Of a stretch of 64,000 nucleotides of DNA, positions 43,363 through 57,421 are shown in pieces (the first letter of the stretch is position 1; each line of letters starts with the position of its first letter). The DNA is from Nymphaea colorata. Its lineage: Eukaryota. The stretch spans positions 27,900,001 to 27,964,000 of the forward strand of contig NC_045138.2 in the NCBI RefSeq assembly GCF_008831285.2. Direction: 5' to 3'. The notes beneath the pieces are model-generated. The model had not been told where the DNA came from, did not search any database, and saw only the letters and a program-made list of their open reading frames with translations. Made by a program: the position numbers and the translations under genes.

Positions 43363-43590
43363 CGGGCTGTGCACCGAAGCTGAGTTAACTCTACATCGAC
43401 TCGAACTCGCTCAATAAACTTGACTCAAACTAGATTCGTTTATTAAACGAGTTGCGTTCGAGTTAATAAATGAACTCGACAACTTAAACCAGTAGAGTCG
43501 AGTTCGAACGGACTCAAGTTCGAGCCAATTTCAAGTTCCTTTCAAGACACTTGAGTGGAGTTCAAGCGGACTCAACTCGGCTTGAACTCA
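43363..43590. mobile_element. Truncated MITE of the same type as 40575-40981
   Basis: Starts GGGCTGTGCAC and has repeated AAACGAG/CTCGAAC/GTTCGAG motifs; second TIR not found. Confidence 0.5.
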
Positions 43591-44181
43591 CTCTCTAGAT
43601 GTGAATAAGTGGAAAAGATCCTATCGTCGATCTGATTTCGATTCATTTAATCAAAATTGATCAAGAAACTCCATTCTAATTATTAGATAAAATCGGCTTC
43701 ACATGCAAAATACATTCTTATAACCAGATTTGAACTCAAGGCCGAAATTCAATTAAACTATATATACATGCCAAACAATTAAGAAATAGGAAAATTATTA
43801 AAAACCATACCATATAGATTTTTTAACTAAAAGAATGACTACCATGTGGCGCTCTTATGAAGTCGAAGGAGGATCAACCGGCACGGCGGTCAAATCAATC
43901 AAAGTTTCACGGCTGTATTTCCTATCAAGAAGCTGGGAGACATTATTTCGAAACTGGTTCGCAGTTTTTGAGTCCCGAGATCACTAATCATCCTCCAAAA
44001 AAAGAAAACATGGTCTGCCTCATTTTTTTAAAGAAAATTGGGACAGACTAGACACATTTTTGAGGGCTGAATTTCGTCATCCAGGTCATTCCAGAGATGC
44101 CGTTAGGAGTACCCTAGCTCGATCTCAGTTTGTCCATTATAACGAAAAAAATAAAAAAAGAATTAGAACACTAGCGCTCGC

Positions 44182-47100
44182 TAGGCCTGGGCGTCGGGCC
44201 GGGCCGCCGCTGGGCCGGGTTTGGGCTGAGGAATTTGGTTATCGGGCCGAACTTTAGTGAGCCCGGCCCGGCCCGAGATCTTAACGGGCCGGGCCTGGTT
44301 ATCACTTCTCTGGCCCGGCCCGGCCCGACGGCCCTTTAGGAAATTAGGTCAACAATCTTCCCACGCGGCTCCCCTTGTTTCACTTTCACATTTTCCCCTT
44401 TTCGCTTTCGGTTTTCCTTTTCCTGTTTTCCATCGTCCATCGAGGATTCGAGGGAGGCAGACTCGCAGAGCCGTAGAGCCGTTTCCACTGTTCTACAGTC
44501 AATACCTGAATCCCTGATACCCAGCCACTCAACCAGTCCACCACCGCCACTCTCTCCGCTCCACCAGACCACCACTGGGCCACCGTCGCCCTTCGCCGCT
44601 CCGCCACTTGTCCACTGTCGCCCTTTTGAAGGTACATGCTACTCTTACACGATACAGGGATAATGGGGGATTAGGGGTTATTGCCTTTCGCCCAGATTGG
44701 GGGTACACGCTGCTCTTGCAAGTTGCAAAACTTAGTTAGGGCTTTGTCATTCTCTCGTCACTCTTTGTATCTTTGTATCCTTTCATATCAGTGATGATCG
44801 TTCTATAGTTGGCTGTGAAGTGACTTACTTCCATATCAGTAATCCTGTTTTACCAATCGGTGTCAATTGCAGGATTCAATAAGAGGCCAAGAGGGCATGT
44901 TTCAGAGGTGATGATGGCTGATGCCCATCGGTTAGTCTTTTTGTTTGGTTGTGGGAAAAACTTGTTTCCTTTTTAAGATAAAAATGTGAAACATATGGGA
45001 AAGAAACAGCATAGAACAATGCCAAGACCTGACATCATTATGGTGCCTTTGTTTAAAACTCCACATTTACGAGCAAATAGAAGAAATTGATGTCATGTAA
45101 AATTTTGACTATTGCCTTCCCAGCAAACATGCACATCTCAGAAATACAAAATGAGTGAAACCGATACATACAATTCCATATAGTTGCACAAGTTGCTTGT
45201 TCAGCCATAATATGGTCCATGATTAAACATCTTAATGGTCATATTAATGGCTTTTCTGCTATACAATGTCCACTCTCTTCTGTCATTTGATGATTACTGT
45301 TACTACTGAATCTTCCTCTCCTTTACATTTTATTTTCTGATTCAAAAAGTTGAAGAGAGGGGTGGAGGCTGCAGCTTGTCCGGGATCATGGTTTTCTAAG
45401 TTTGGAATTCATGTTTTTACAGCATGTTCCCTTCTCAATTGAAGCGCAGACTTGCATATATAATTTTCTGTATCTCGAGAAGCACACACATGCACATATA
45501 TGTTCAATAACTCAAGTTCAATTTTGCTATCATTTATACCTACCTCATAGGTGATATTGCAGGTTTCTGGAAACTCACTCCAAAAGAAGTTGCTGGTGCT
45601 GCTTGGAACACCATCTCATTCCACTGAGGTAAAATTATTTCATTCATTTAGTTTTGAGGGCCTAAAATAGTGTCAATTATCAAACCATCAATAGTTTTAC
45701 TGGTTTTTGTCCCATGATCTTTGGTTATTGTAATCTAATTGTTTATGCCATCTCTTTGGATGAACCATTTTAACTTGCAGAGCATAGCTGTTTAAGGAAC
45801 AACACTTTTTGTCAATCTTCTTGAACTCTTTCCAGTTTTTTCCCTACCTTATCAGGTTGGAGAAGTAATGTATTGGAGGAAAGTTAATCTCATTTTTAAC
45901 ATTTATATTGTATGATGAATGAAATATAATGTCTTCTTATATTAGTATCTATGTCAAGGCTACCGTGCTTTGAGTTTATGATTTAAGTAGCATCTTTAAC
46001 TAACTTTATGTATCATTGTGAGTAAACTGGAAATTAGTATCTTATTATATGCTGAACCTAGTTCATGAAACTTTTTCTCTAATGTGATGACCTGCCTCTA
46101 GTCACATGTATTGTTGTACATGGTTTGATTGCTAAAGTCTTTTTTACTTTAGCAAGGATGGCTCGAGATGTGTTAGCTATTCTTGTATCTACAGTTGCTT
46201 CAGAATCTGCATTCAGTACATCGAGAAGAATTATTAATAATTATCGAAGTTCAACTGCTCCCGAAAATGTAGAGTCATTAATCTGCACACAAAGCTGGAT
46301 TCGTGATGCAAGCAACTTGTGTGAAAGGTAAGATGTTCATGCTTCATAGTTTATACATATTAACTTAATAGTGTGCTTAAATTAATAAGTGTCTTTGTTA
46401 CAGTTCTCATGATGCAGAGCACCATTATGACGAGGAATGTTAATCGAGTGCATGCTTATTATGGTAATTTTTCTAATTAATGTTTCGTATTCTATGTTGA
46501 CAAGCACATGTTAATTTTTATTACCATTTCTTTTTCATGTTAAATTGCAGGTGGACATTTCAAGCTACAACCATGAATTCTCTACTGACGACTGACGTTA
46601 TCATTTCTTTGCATTTTTTTGTTGCTCTCAGATATGGGTGTGACATCTTTGTATAATATCTTGTGCAGAGTCTTGAAGTTCATGTCAAACTTAAACTATG
46701 TTGAACATTATTGCAGTTTACAGGATCTATACATCGATGTTTGATAGGGTGTATTTCATGGTTTTTCTATGTTTGTTAACAAACACGTGTTCTCCTTTAT
46801 TATACATCAAGGGTGACATTGTTATGCTGTACTGAAAGTTTTGATGGAAGAGATCTAGCTAGAGCTAGTTATTTCATTCAGTTTATTGGTTAGGCTAAGA
46901 GTTCTGCTTCTGTTACTTTTTTGGCTGCGCACTGGTTTCTTTATTCTATGTGTTATTTTCTGCAACTCAGTTGGCATATAAATGACATGCAGAATGCATC
47001 CAACAAACCTGCTGCTACACAGAAGGCTAACTACTTAGTGATATATGTTTGATTTTAGGTGGATACTTTCATGGGCTTAATAATTTGACTTATGGGGTCA

Positions 47101-47678
47101 ACATAAGGCATATACGTTGGCTTGGTGTTTTACAGGTGATATCCTCGTTATAACATGGAAATATATAATTTGTATAATGGATCAAATAGATGTTACACTG
47201 TGCAGTTTTTTCTTTCCATTTTTCCAGAACTTTAAGTTCTGGTTATTTGTGCTAATCTTGAAATTAATTTATATGTTTTTTGTTTTATCGTGGTGTCTCT
47301 TTTTTCTTTTACTGCCTCAGAAATGGAGAAGTTTCCTTCCCTAGACCCCACAAGTCAGGTTATTTAGGTTACCTTTTTTGGGTAAATTAAGGTTATTTAA
47401 TTGCCTTTGGTGACTGTTCTGAAGTCTGAATATCCAATAGCTCTATAAATTTCTCAATCAAAGTTCACTGCGCCTGATATTGCTGTTTATGAAAAACCAA
47501 GCTTGATATCGGATTTTTTTCAAGGCCCGACCCAGCCCGACGGCCCGGCAAAACGAGTCGGGCTGGGCCTTGGTATGGTGGACCTGGCCTGGTACCCGGC
47601 CCGGCCCGTCAATATTATCGGGCCGACCCGGGCCAGGTCTAAACGGGTCGGGCCGGCCCGGCCCGATACCCACCCCTA
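44182..47678 (+). mobile_element. Non-autonomous hAT transposon (~3.5 kb)
   Basis: TIRs TAGGCCTGGGCGTCGGGCCGGGCC and (reverse complement) TAGGGGTGGGTATCGGGCCGGGCC; perfect 8-bp TSD GCGCTCGC at 44174-44181 and 47679-47686; GGCCC subterminal repeats; empty site in gene E intron 1 at about 39010-39030. Confidence 0.92.
46146..46328 (+). pseudogene. hAT transposase C-terminal dimerisation domain remnant
   Basis: LARMARDVLAILVSTVASESAFSTSRRIINNYRSSTAPENVESLICTQSWIR matches the hATC consensus (LS.MARD.L.IP.STVASESAFS.GGR....RS.L....VEAL.C...W). Confidence 0.88.
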
Positions 47679-48225
47679 GCGCTCGCCAGTGGCTTCGGAA
47701 GATCACTTGGCCTTTCGGTGAAGCAGCAAATTCTTTATAAGCAAGGGGAGAGGGAGAGAGTTTGATGAAGTTCTAGTCGACACAGTGGGAGGGATGGGAG
47801 GGGCGTTCTTACCTTCCTGGGCAGCAACTAGGAACAGAGTAAAGGAGTGGCAGAGCATAAGGAAGATACCAGAAGGGTTGATCATCGTAGACATCGGCAG
47901 CACCATAGAGCACTCTTTGAATATCTCAAACATCGGCCTAAAAGCACATGTGGTGCACGCAACTCACTCTCACAACTTTGAGGAGACAGATTTGTGTATG
48001 TTACTGTAAACAAGTTTCTCCTTTTATTGTTCCAGTCGCGTGTTTATCCACAAGCTCGAAAAAGTCCAGGTCTACCATCATCGTCCAAGACGGGTTGAAT
48101 GTATTGCACAACAATTCACATTTGCTAGCTTTGACTGACTGTTCCACATCCCATTCAGTCTCCATCTTTGGGAAATTCTATGGCAGTACGTACTTCTCAA
48201 GTAAGGAGGAGTTTAAAGGAGGGTG

Positions 48226-48953
48226 TGTTGGGATTTCTCCCCTTGATGCATACACAAACGATATGCCATAAATAACAAGATCATGCTCATGCTAAATCAT
48301 TGAATTAAACAAAACCTTAAACTGAAGCGGAAGCGTACCTGAATTCATCTGATCTGGTGCATGGGAAGATCGCAGCAAGGTCTTCCAGGGTACGTGCAAT
48401 GCGCGTCAAGTCTCTCTCAAATGGGGAAAAGAAATCCCTAGAAACCAAAAGCAACTGTACACACGACCCCAAGGACCACTACCATTTTATAATGAGGACA
48501 ATTACGGATTTCACCCATCAAAGAGTCTGTAATTGCGTACTGGTATTTATACATTTCAAAATTACCCCATACCCTCTAAAGTGACGTAATATCCCAAAAT
48601 GTAATCACTTAAGCAGATATTTACTTTAAGACAGCCATATGTCTGAAATTCCTCATAGACATATGCCGGTCCACCAAATGATCTTACAATCTCTCACTTA
48701 AGCCAAATATGTCTTTATACATTCAGACATTACACAAAACCTTAAGAGCTCATAATTGCTATCTTATTAAACGTCATTTTCACCAATCTTGTCCATGACC
48801 ATATCAACATAGAACCAAAGCAGCTTTCGCTATAATAAAATTAGCTAAACCTTCAATGATCACAAATGTTAACATAATCAATGACATAGATCTGATATGG
48901 ATGTATAGCATGAGAATTACATGCAATGTGATTACAACATGTCTATTCTCAAC
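48226..48953 (-). mobile_element. Probable copia (Angela-like) solo LTR remnant
   Basis: Begins TGTTGGG exactly where homology to the plus-type RLK promoter stops; contains GCGGAAGCGTACC (GGTACGCTTCCGC on minus, an Angela-type LTR motif from memory); ends near ...TCTCAAC; no TSD found. Confidence 0.5.
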
Positions 48954-48956
48954 TGG

Positions 48957-49136
48957 TCCAAAAGGGTTGATCATCATAGACATTGGCAGCACCAGATGTT
49001 GTTTATCTGCGACCTTTCCTGTGTGAACAGAGACGACTAACATCTTATAACTGTGAGCCATTGACTACTAACATCTCATAACAGAGAGCCATTGACGACA
49101 GCTTGGAAATAGTTAATGAGTTTTTAAAGATGGTTC
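48957..49136 (-). pseudogene. Fragment of the promoter/5'UTR and exon 1 start of an E-type RLK
   Basis: MAHSYKMLVVSVHTGKVADKQHLVLPMSMMINPFG, homologous to 39230-39405. Confidence 0.8.
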
Positions 49137-49834
49137 CATAGTTTTAGCTGTTGGGGTTACTTATCTCCATGGATTGCAAATCCCTCAATTATAAGAGTAG
49201 CGATAACAATTCTTTCTTTATCTTTAGCAAGTTGTTACTTGCCAGTTGTATGGGATATAGACATTATCTCTTGTTTCTTTCTTTAAATATCTCTTGTACC
49301 TTCTTGTAAAGAAATCAAGATATTCTAGTCTCTCCTTAAGCATTATCCTTTAAATATCTCTTGTACCTTCATGTTGTCACATCAAACTTTACCACCAAAG
49401 GTGGTGAACATAAGAGAAAAATAGGAAATCTGTCAAATTAAAGACTGTTGTCCTTGTAAAGTTTGGTGGTCAGGGCTCACTCACAAACCTTCTTACCAAA
49501 TCTCAATTTAGTGTGAAACAAACTCAATTTAGAGCTCAAACGACTTAACTAAGCTCATCTCTGGTGTAACAGAAGTATACCATTCATTTTAGACGTAGTT
49601 GATGTTTCTTCTCCTTTTTTTTAGACGTAGTTAACATTCATTTTGCAAATATCTTGATTCTTTGAAATTATTTTAGATAGAACGATATATTAACTATGAA
49701 GTTTACCACATAAGTGCGATGCCATGTTGTGAAATAAGAGATGATTTTATATTCTTTGTTGAATACCAAGGGGAAACAGGCCAGGATGATGTAGGTCCAA
49801 ACGTTGTTGAAGTAGAATCATGAATATGATGAAC

Positions 49835-50257
49835 GCAACAATCAAGAGAGGGAATTCAAGAGCTAGTGGAATAATCTGCACTTTGTTTTATGATGAAGTA
49901 GTGGAAATCACCCACAACTTTGAGAGAGTAATAGGTAATGGGGGATCCTGCACTCTCTTTTGTGGCCGACTTCGGGATGGCCAACAAGTTGCAGTTAAAT
50001 TAATGACTGGAATATTTTCGCAAGGAATCAAGGAGTTCACTGACGAAGTTAATTTGTGCCAGAGAAAGGCATTCGTTTGTTTGTATGTGACAAAGAGGAG
50101 TACATGGTCATTATTTGGATCTTATTTCAGGTCGAATTGTTGATGAAAGTTCACCACAAGTCATTAGTGTCCTTTCTTGAGTTATGTGATGAAGATCAGA
50201 AAATGATTCTGGTCTATGAGTACAGGAAGAAAGGAGATCTACAGATGCTGCTCTCAG
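49835..50257 (+). pseudogene. Orphan kinase exons 9-10 of a C/G-type RLK
   Basis: [26 protein letters not shown]...VAVK...KEFTDE and [15 protein letters not shown]...LQMLLS; the neighbouring exons are absent. Confidence 0.85.
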
Positions 50258-50339
50258 GTATCCATTTTCCTCTTAAAGCAGTCACATCTTCCATCTGAAA
50301 CACACATACAGAGAAAGAGAGAGAGAGAGAGAGATGCCC

Positions 50340-50952
50340 CGGACAGCCATGTGACGAAGTTAAATCAAGAAGAACGAGTTGCGTGCGGCGCTCGGAATGG
50401 CGACATCTATCCAACCATCTTTTAAAACTCATTTGACTTGATCCAAGCTGTTGTCGATGGCTCTCAGTTATAAGATGTTAGCCGCCAATGGCTGTCAGTT
50501 ATAAGATGTTACCTCTGTTCATACAGGAAAGGTATCAGAGAAACAGCATCTGATGCTGCCGATGTTCATGATGATAAACTCTTTTGGTATCTTCCTTCTG
50601 CTCTGCCACTCCTCTACTCTGCTCCTAGCTACTGCCCAAAAAGGTAAGGACACCCCTTTCATCCCTCCCCACTGTACTGTCTCTCTCTCTCTCTCTTGCT
50701 CTCTCTCACTCGCTCGCTTAAAAAAGAATTTGCTGCTTCACTGGAAGGCAACTGATTAAAGATCTGCTGAAACCACTGAGAATATGGTGCTCGTACGCTA
50801 TCGTCCTAATTCTACTTTTTTTTTCCCCATATAATTAGGATTCCGTTGTGTGACTGTGTCCACTATGAGATAATGGTCAAACTCGCGTTTAGCTAAGGTT
50901 CTGTTATCGTGATGCTTGTGTTCCAAAGGGTGAACGGCATCTCTCGAAAGTC
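50340..50952 (+). pseudogene. Inverted copy of the E-type promoter, exon 1 and intron 1 start
   Basis: Reverse complement of about 38870-39455; reads MFMMINSFGIFLLLCHSSTLLLATAQK G|gtaag on the + strand. Confidence 0.85.
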
Positions 50953-51734
50953 AGCCCTGCCTCAACTTTTATATGGGTGATTTTTATCATGAATCAAGGG
51001 ATGATGAAATTTCCCCCTTAGAAATCCATCTCGTCTTATCTCAATTATCTTTAAAAATGTGGCAGCTCATGAAGATTTTGGAGGATGATTAGTTATCTCA
51101 TGAATCACAAACTGGGAACCAGTTTCTCCGTCTTAAATTACTCAAATAATGCGCCAAAGCTTTTTGATAGGAAAATTTGTGTGGCATACATCAGGCGTAG
51201 TGAAAAAGTTAGTGATGTCGGTTATTCTGCAAAGTGCCAACGAAAGGGAAATATCAAGCTACATGACAAACTTGTATCTTGGCGACGTGAAGAAGTAACA
51301 CTTTTATCAACGTTGCAAATGAAATTCCAGATCAGACAATTTTAAAATCAAACCAGGTTTTTCATCTTCATGTGGAAATGCTGGTAGGTGAATGCCCATG
51401 CTTTTTCTCGTCAACAAAATACATTAAGAAAAAGAAAATGGCTTAGTAGTTTTGTCTCCAAAACCAGGTTTTGAAGTGGCTTCCAAACGGCCCCGAACAT
51501 GTGGGGTCATATTTTTCAAAATTTTTGTATTAAACCTTTAGCTTTCTAGAACCCGTATATATGGACAAGTACGGGTTGGATGTGTTCCACCACAATTCAA
51601 CGTTAGCATGACCGACTTGTTCCACATCCCATTCAGTCTCCCTCTTTTGGAACGTCTATGGCAGCACGCTCCCAAGGTAGGAGGGGTTTAAAGTAGGGTG
51701 GAAGAAGCTGCAGTACTGAGGGCTAATTAACACC

Positions 51735-54700
51735 ATGAGCAACCTATGTGGCTTCTTGCTTTGGCTTTTATATTCTGCTGCTTCTGCTCAGCTCCTGGCC
51801 GCTGCTCAACAAGGTACTTTGTTCTTTTTGATGCTCCTCTCTCGATGCCTCAATTAAGTCAGTCTTCCTTCTCTTTCTAATTTTGTCAATAAATTTGGCG
51901 AGCATCCCGCAGTACGTTATACAAAGATAACAACGTGGGTGAACTAGATCCCATCAAACCTAATTTGCAAAAGGCTTGTCCTGGATTTTCATTTTTTTTT
52001 TCAGAAATCTCTAAGCTTACATATGCAGCCTTTCATTGTGCGAACCTAGAAATTGACTTGTTTTTTTTAAGTTCTTTATAAGGATCGAAAGCCCAACAAA
52101 CGAAATATCATCTACTTCATTGGAGTAAATTAATTTTAGAGTACATCAAAGCGTTCAACTTAGACCGTAGAGAATTTATATATGGAGTTCATGCATTGAA
52201 ATTTTGAAAAACGCCTCAAGATGATTAACCTTTTTAAAATGTAATCACTTGTTTTTTCTGCAATTAGTTGGCAATCATGTGCATATAGTCGCACTTCTCT
52301 TTTTATTTTTCTTTCTTTTTTTTTTTTTTTTACTTTAAAGATTGGAGCAGAAGGTGTCCATAAATCTGCCTCAATCAATAAAGCATATTCATAAATCACT
52401 CTCATTGTAGAACACTCATAGAGTGTTTCCCCTATCATATCAATCCAGTGCATCAGGTACAGGCTGATCAAAATAGAATATCTAATTCAATTTCACGACA
52501 GAAAGTGAAACACCAACGATCCATCTCAGTATCAGAAAAGTGAGATGACTCCATAATTTTAGAGGTGCTTACGTAAAACAACAAACAAAACATAGATCCA
52601 CACTTAATGTGAATAAATTAAATCCAGGTTAGTAGATTGAACTGGATTTCTGACCCTAATCTTGACGAAATGCATGCCTAGTTAATGAAATATTAATTCC
52701 TCTTTTATAATTGTCTGACATATCAAACTTCTGCTGCACCAGGTTTCCTCAACATCGATTGTGGGCTGCCGGCTAATTCAACCTACAAAAGTGAAATCAA
52801 TCTCGATTACGTCGCTGATAGTAAATTCATAAACAATGGGATCATCAAGCAACTCCCCAACATTAATCTGCCAAAGATCTACCAGACGCTTAGATACTTC
52901 CCCGATCACAAGAGGAATTGCTATGGTCTGCCAGTGACCCAGGGCACCAACTATCTCGTCCGAGCATCCTTCATATACGGCAACTATGATGGATCAAACA
53001 TGTCCCCGAGTTTCAAACTCTACCTTGGAGTTGATCTTTGGGAGACCGTCACGTTACAGAATGCAACTCAAATGTATCGGACCGAGATTTTCGGCAGTGC
53101 AGTAACCGGAAACATGAGCGTTTGCCTCGTTAACACTTCGACGGGCGTGCCCTTCATTTCTGGCTTGGAGCTCCGTCCGCTCACTGGTGCCGATGGTTAT
53201 AAGGTGAATGCCACATCTTCACTTGTTACCTTCCAGAGAATAGACGTTGGAGGAAGGGAACCCGTGAGGTAACTAATTAAGCAACTTCCATCTCAGTCTC
53301 TCTTTTCATTTTCTTCGAAAGAATAGGGAGTTGTTGTTCATCATAAATCAAACATTTAACTATATATATATACACACACATATATTCTCAAATTAGCTTG
53401 ATTGTAAGTATTTTTGTTTTTCTAAGATCCAAAATGAGATTGCTTGAGCACACACGCACACCTACTTAATTTCTGTCCTAGTTTATCTTGATTGGACATT
53501 AAAGGTATATTATTTGTTCCCCAATAACAAAATACTTTTTCTACAAATAAGGCATACTTGATTTCATCGATAAATCTATTATCTTCTCTTTGAGTTCTAA
53601 TATCTATAACCATACAAAGCCCTATACAAACCATTTCTGCTTCAGTTGCCATCCAGGATCGGTATATTAAAGTTTATATTCTACAGGTACCCTGACGATA
53701 AATTTGACAGAATATGGAGCCCTGACTCTGCCAAAAACGGCACCCGCATCAGCACCAACATGGCTCTAAAGCCGGAGCTGTACCCTCGGTTCTACCCGCC
53801 CTTTACCGTAATGCGAACCGCAGTAAACTCTTCCAGCCCCATACCTATAACTTTTTCAGGTAAGCCAGACGATTCCTACCATTGGGTATTCTACTTTGCC
53901 GAGGTACTGCCGCCCACGGGCCACAGGAATTTGACCATAAAGCTGAACGGTGATGACTGGTACGGGCCCATCGCTCTGGAGTACCGTGACATTATGGCCA
54001 TCTTCACAAAGTTGCCGCAGCAGTATAGCCAGTACTCTTTTACGGTGGAGGCAAACAACGGTTCTGACTACGGCCCCATTCTCAACGCCTATGAGGTTTT
54101 CAGGTTCGTCCATCCCAGCGGGGCTGCAACTCTTCCTCAAGATGGTAATGTTTGCTCAAGAGTTGTTCTTTGCCGGTTTGTTTTTATCTATGTCAATTAA
54201 TTTTTCTAAGTTTTTGTTCTGAAGCTTGATATGCTAACTTCTATTTGACAAGTATTCTGACTAATTACTAGCTAGGCCCTCTTTCATAAACATTCCGCCA
54301 CCAAGTCCCAATTGCAGTGACCTAGCTGCTGCTCCCATTTCCCTTCTCTTACACATTATGTACTTTATTGGCAGTTGCTGCTATCAAGGCTGTGAAAGAC
54401 TACTACAAAATAGAGAAGAATTGGAATGCGGATCCTTGTTTACCTACGGATGCTCCTTGGGAAGGCTTGTCCTGCAACTTTGACAATCCATCATCTCCAA
54501 GAATAGAATCCCTGTAAGTGTTTAATTCCACACATTTACACACAGACAACAGTTTGATCCACTAAATAATCCACATATAGTTGATTACCACTTGCAACGA
54601 AGCAAGCTTGGTGGTTGACATGTGATCATTTGGTCCGACCTTCAATGGTGAGCTTGCAAAATTTTGTTATTTGCAGGGATCTGTCTAATGGCGGACTTAG

Positions 54701-57421
54701 TGGTGCAGTTGCCAGCTATCTTTCCCAGTTAACGGCACTCCGAGCATTGTAAGTGTATGAACAGGCAAAGTATCTCGGCTTGGAACTTTTTCCTTTTCTT
54801 AAGTAATCCCATCCTTCTCATAATTGTTCCTCATCTACGATCTATCAATTAGGAACTTATCAGGGAACAGAATTGAAGGATTGTTGCCATCCTTTCTAGA
54901 AAATCTGCCATATTTATCCCTCTTGTGAGTTCATTTCTTTAATACTACGGTCGAGGTGGTCAATTAACAGTTTTTCTCAGTTACATGATTTTTTTTTTGT
55001 TTCATGAATTCAGAGATTTGTCAAGCAATAATTTGTCAGGATCAATTCCAAGTGGTTTGCAACAAAAGGCGGCAAATGGGGAACTGACATTGAGGTTGGA
55101 TATTTTTCTTTTTAACTTTTCCCCTTTCTTTTTCCTAACTTCTCTCTTAAAAAACACTCTTTGCCTTTTTGGCCGCGCTTTTTTCCAAGGATCGGCAACA
55201 ATCCCCACCTATGCCAGCAAGATCCCTGCTACCAAGGAAAAGCGAGTAGTAAGAAGAGAAATCGGATACTTACATTCTCAGTGGTGTCTTCGTCAGTTGT
55301 GGCGGCTATAGTAGTATTATTGGTATTCATCACAATCAACTCAAAGAGAAAACTGCAAGGTCTGTCTCCACCTTCAATGATGTGCCTATAAATCTTAAGC
55401 AGTTCCCTGAAGAATGAAAATTAAGAGTGTAATTGCTTCTCCCATATGTATATTAAAGTTAACTGTTACTTTTCATGATGTAGACAACAATCAAGAGCGG
55501 AATTCAAGAGCTAGTGGAAAAATTTGCACCTTCACTTACGATGAAGTAGTGGAAATCACCAACAACTTTGAGAGAGTAATAGGCAAAGGCGGATCCTGCA
55601 CCGTCTTTTATGGCCAACTCCGGGATGGCCAAGAAGTAGCAGTTAAACTAATGACTGGAAGATTTTCACAAGGAATCAAAGAGTACACTGCCGAGGTTAA
55701 TTTGTGACAAAAAGGCATTTGCTTTGTTTTTATGTGACAACAAGAAGTACATGGTGGTCACCGTTTGAATCTTATTTCAGGTTGAGCTGTTAATGAAAGT
55801 TCACCACAAGTGTTTGGTATCTTTTATTGGGTTCTGTGATGAAGATCAGAAAATGATCCTAATCTATGAATACATGAAGAAAGGAGATCTGCAGGTGCTA
55901 CTCTCAGGTATACATTTTCCTCTTAAAGCACTCACAGCTTCCATCTGGGAGGGGGGGCGAGAAAAAGACAGAGAGAAGAAAACGAATTCGGTTAAGTTAA
56001 AGTAAGCCAAAATATATAACAGAATCAACCGTCCGACGAGAGTTGGGTGGAGAACAACACAGATGGAAAAATTAGGCAGGAAGCCGACACAGACACACAC
56101 ACACGCAAACGTGTGTGTGTTATAGATTGTGTAAAGCATGATATCTAACTTGAACTTGGACCCCTTTTTCAGATGAAATAGAAACATCAGATATGTTGAA
56201 CTGGAGACAAAGGTTGCAAATCGCTCACAGCGTCGCAACGGGTTCGCTTTCAGAGCCGGATCCCATTTTGTAGCACTTCTCATTATATGTTCGATTTAAA
56301 TATTTACTGTGAAGTTGTTGGAGCGCAGGATTGGAGTATCTGCACAACGGATGTAGACCACCAATAATACACAGAGACGTCAAGACAAAAAACATCCTCT
56401 TAAATGAAAAATTGGAAGCCAAGATTGCAGACTTTGGCCTGTCCAAGATGCGCATCACAGAAGAGACATCGCATATAACAACTGTAGTTGCTGGAACACC
56501 TGGATACATAGACCCTGAGTATGTCCAACATTCTACTACAAATTTGTCTCGTTTATATTGAACATCTATCTGTAGAGACCTTGAGATCATCTCAGCATAC
56601 AGAAAAATTCTAAAATTAGCTTCCCCTACCTTCTAAGGATAGAGAAAGACTTTGATCTTGTGGAACGGGACGCTCTGGGGCCTTGACTAAAGATGAAAAT
56701 GAGTCAGATTTGATTCGATCGCCACTGCTATCAGCTTCGCCATCTCCCAACCTTTGCCAGCAGTAGTTTTCATTTTTCATATTGTTACACCCACCCAATC
56801 CACTGATAAGTACCGTAACTAGCTACGAACTGCCCCATTCTGAATATATGGAGGATTTTTTAATTGATAAATGCTAGAAAGGCACAATAGTCTGAATGAT
56901 ATTCTTCAAAAGCAGATAGTCCATATTTAGATGCATACTGTGTTTCTTGCTATCCAAGTCCCCGCAAATGATTGGCCTTTTGCTATTCCAGGTATTATTC
57001 TAAAAGCAGACTTACAGAGAAAAGCGATGTTTATAGCTTTGGAGTCGTCCTGTTTGAGCTGATAACAGGCCAGAATGCTGTACTCATTCAAGGATCGCAG
57101 AGAGTTCATAATATCGACTTTGCGATGCCCAAAATCATGAGCGGAGATGTTGCCAGCATAGTAGATCCTCGGTTGCAGGGCCAATATGATATCAACTCGG
57201 TATGGAAAGTCGCAGAAACGGCAATTTCATGCACCGCAGAGAAAGGGATCACGCGGCCTACCATGACTGAAATTGTGAGAGAACTGGAGGAGGCTATAGA
57301 TATGGAGACTGACCACCAGTTGCATAGCAAAAAGCAATCTAAGGAATTTGACTCCGGATTGCTATCAACTGGTGCAGCTCTCTTGGACATGGATTCTCTT
57401 TCTCATCCTTCAGCAAGGTAA
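51735..57421 (+). CDS. Gene G: malectin-like LRR receptor-like kinase, complete, 13 exons
   Basis: Exons 51735-51813, 52743-53268, 53687-54144, 54375-54513, 54677-54748, 54853-54924, 55014-55094, 55190-55359, 55484-55695, 55781-55907, 56173-56241, 56329-56518, 56992-57421. GFLNIDCG, 3 LRRs, [26 protein letters not shown], ends HPSAR*. Confidence 0.93.

Larger units (their letters stand above)
41917..47894 (-). pseudogene. Gene F: ectodomain-only pseudogene of the gene E type
   Basis: Exon 1 47894-47813 (MSTMINPSGIFLMLCHSF...); exon 2 from 43252 (GFLSIDCG) with TAA at 43181-43179, broken at about 42795; partial exons 3-6 down to 41917; no TM or kinase exons; intron 1 carries a 3.5 kb hAT. Confidence 0.85.
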
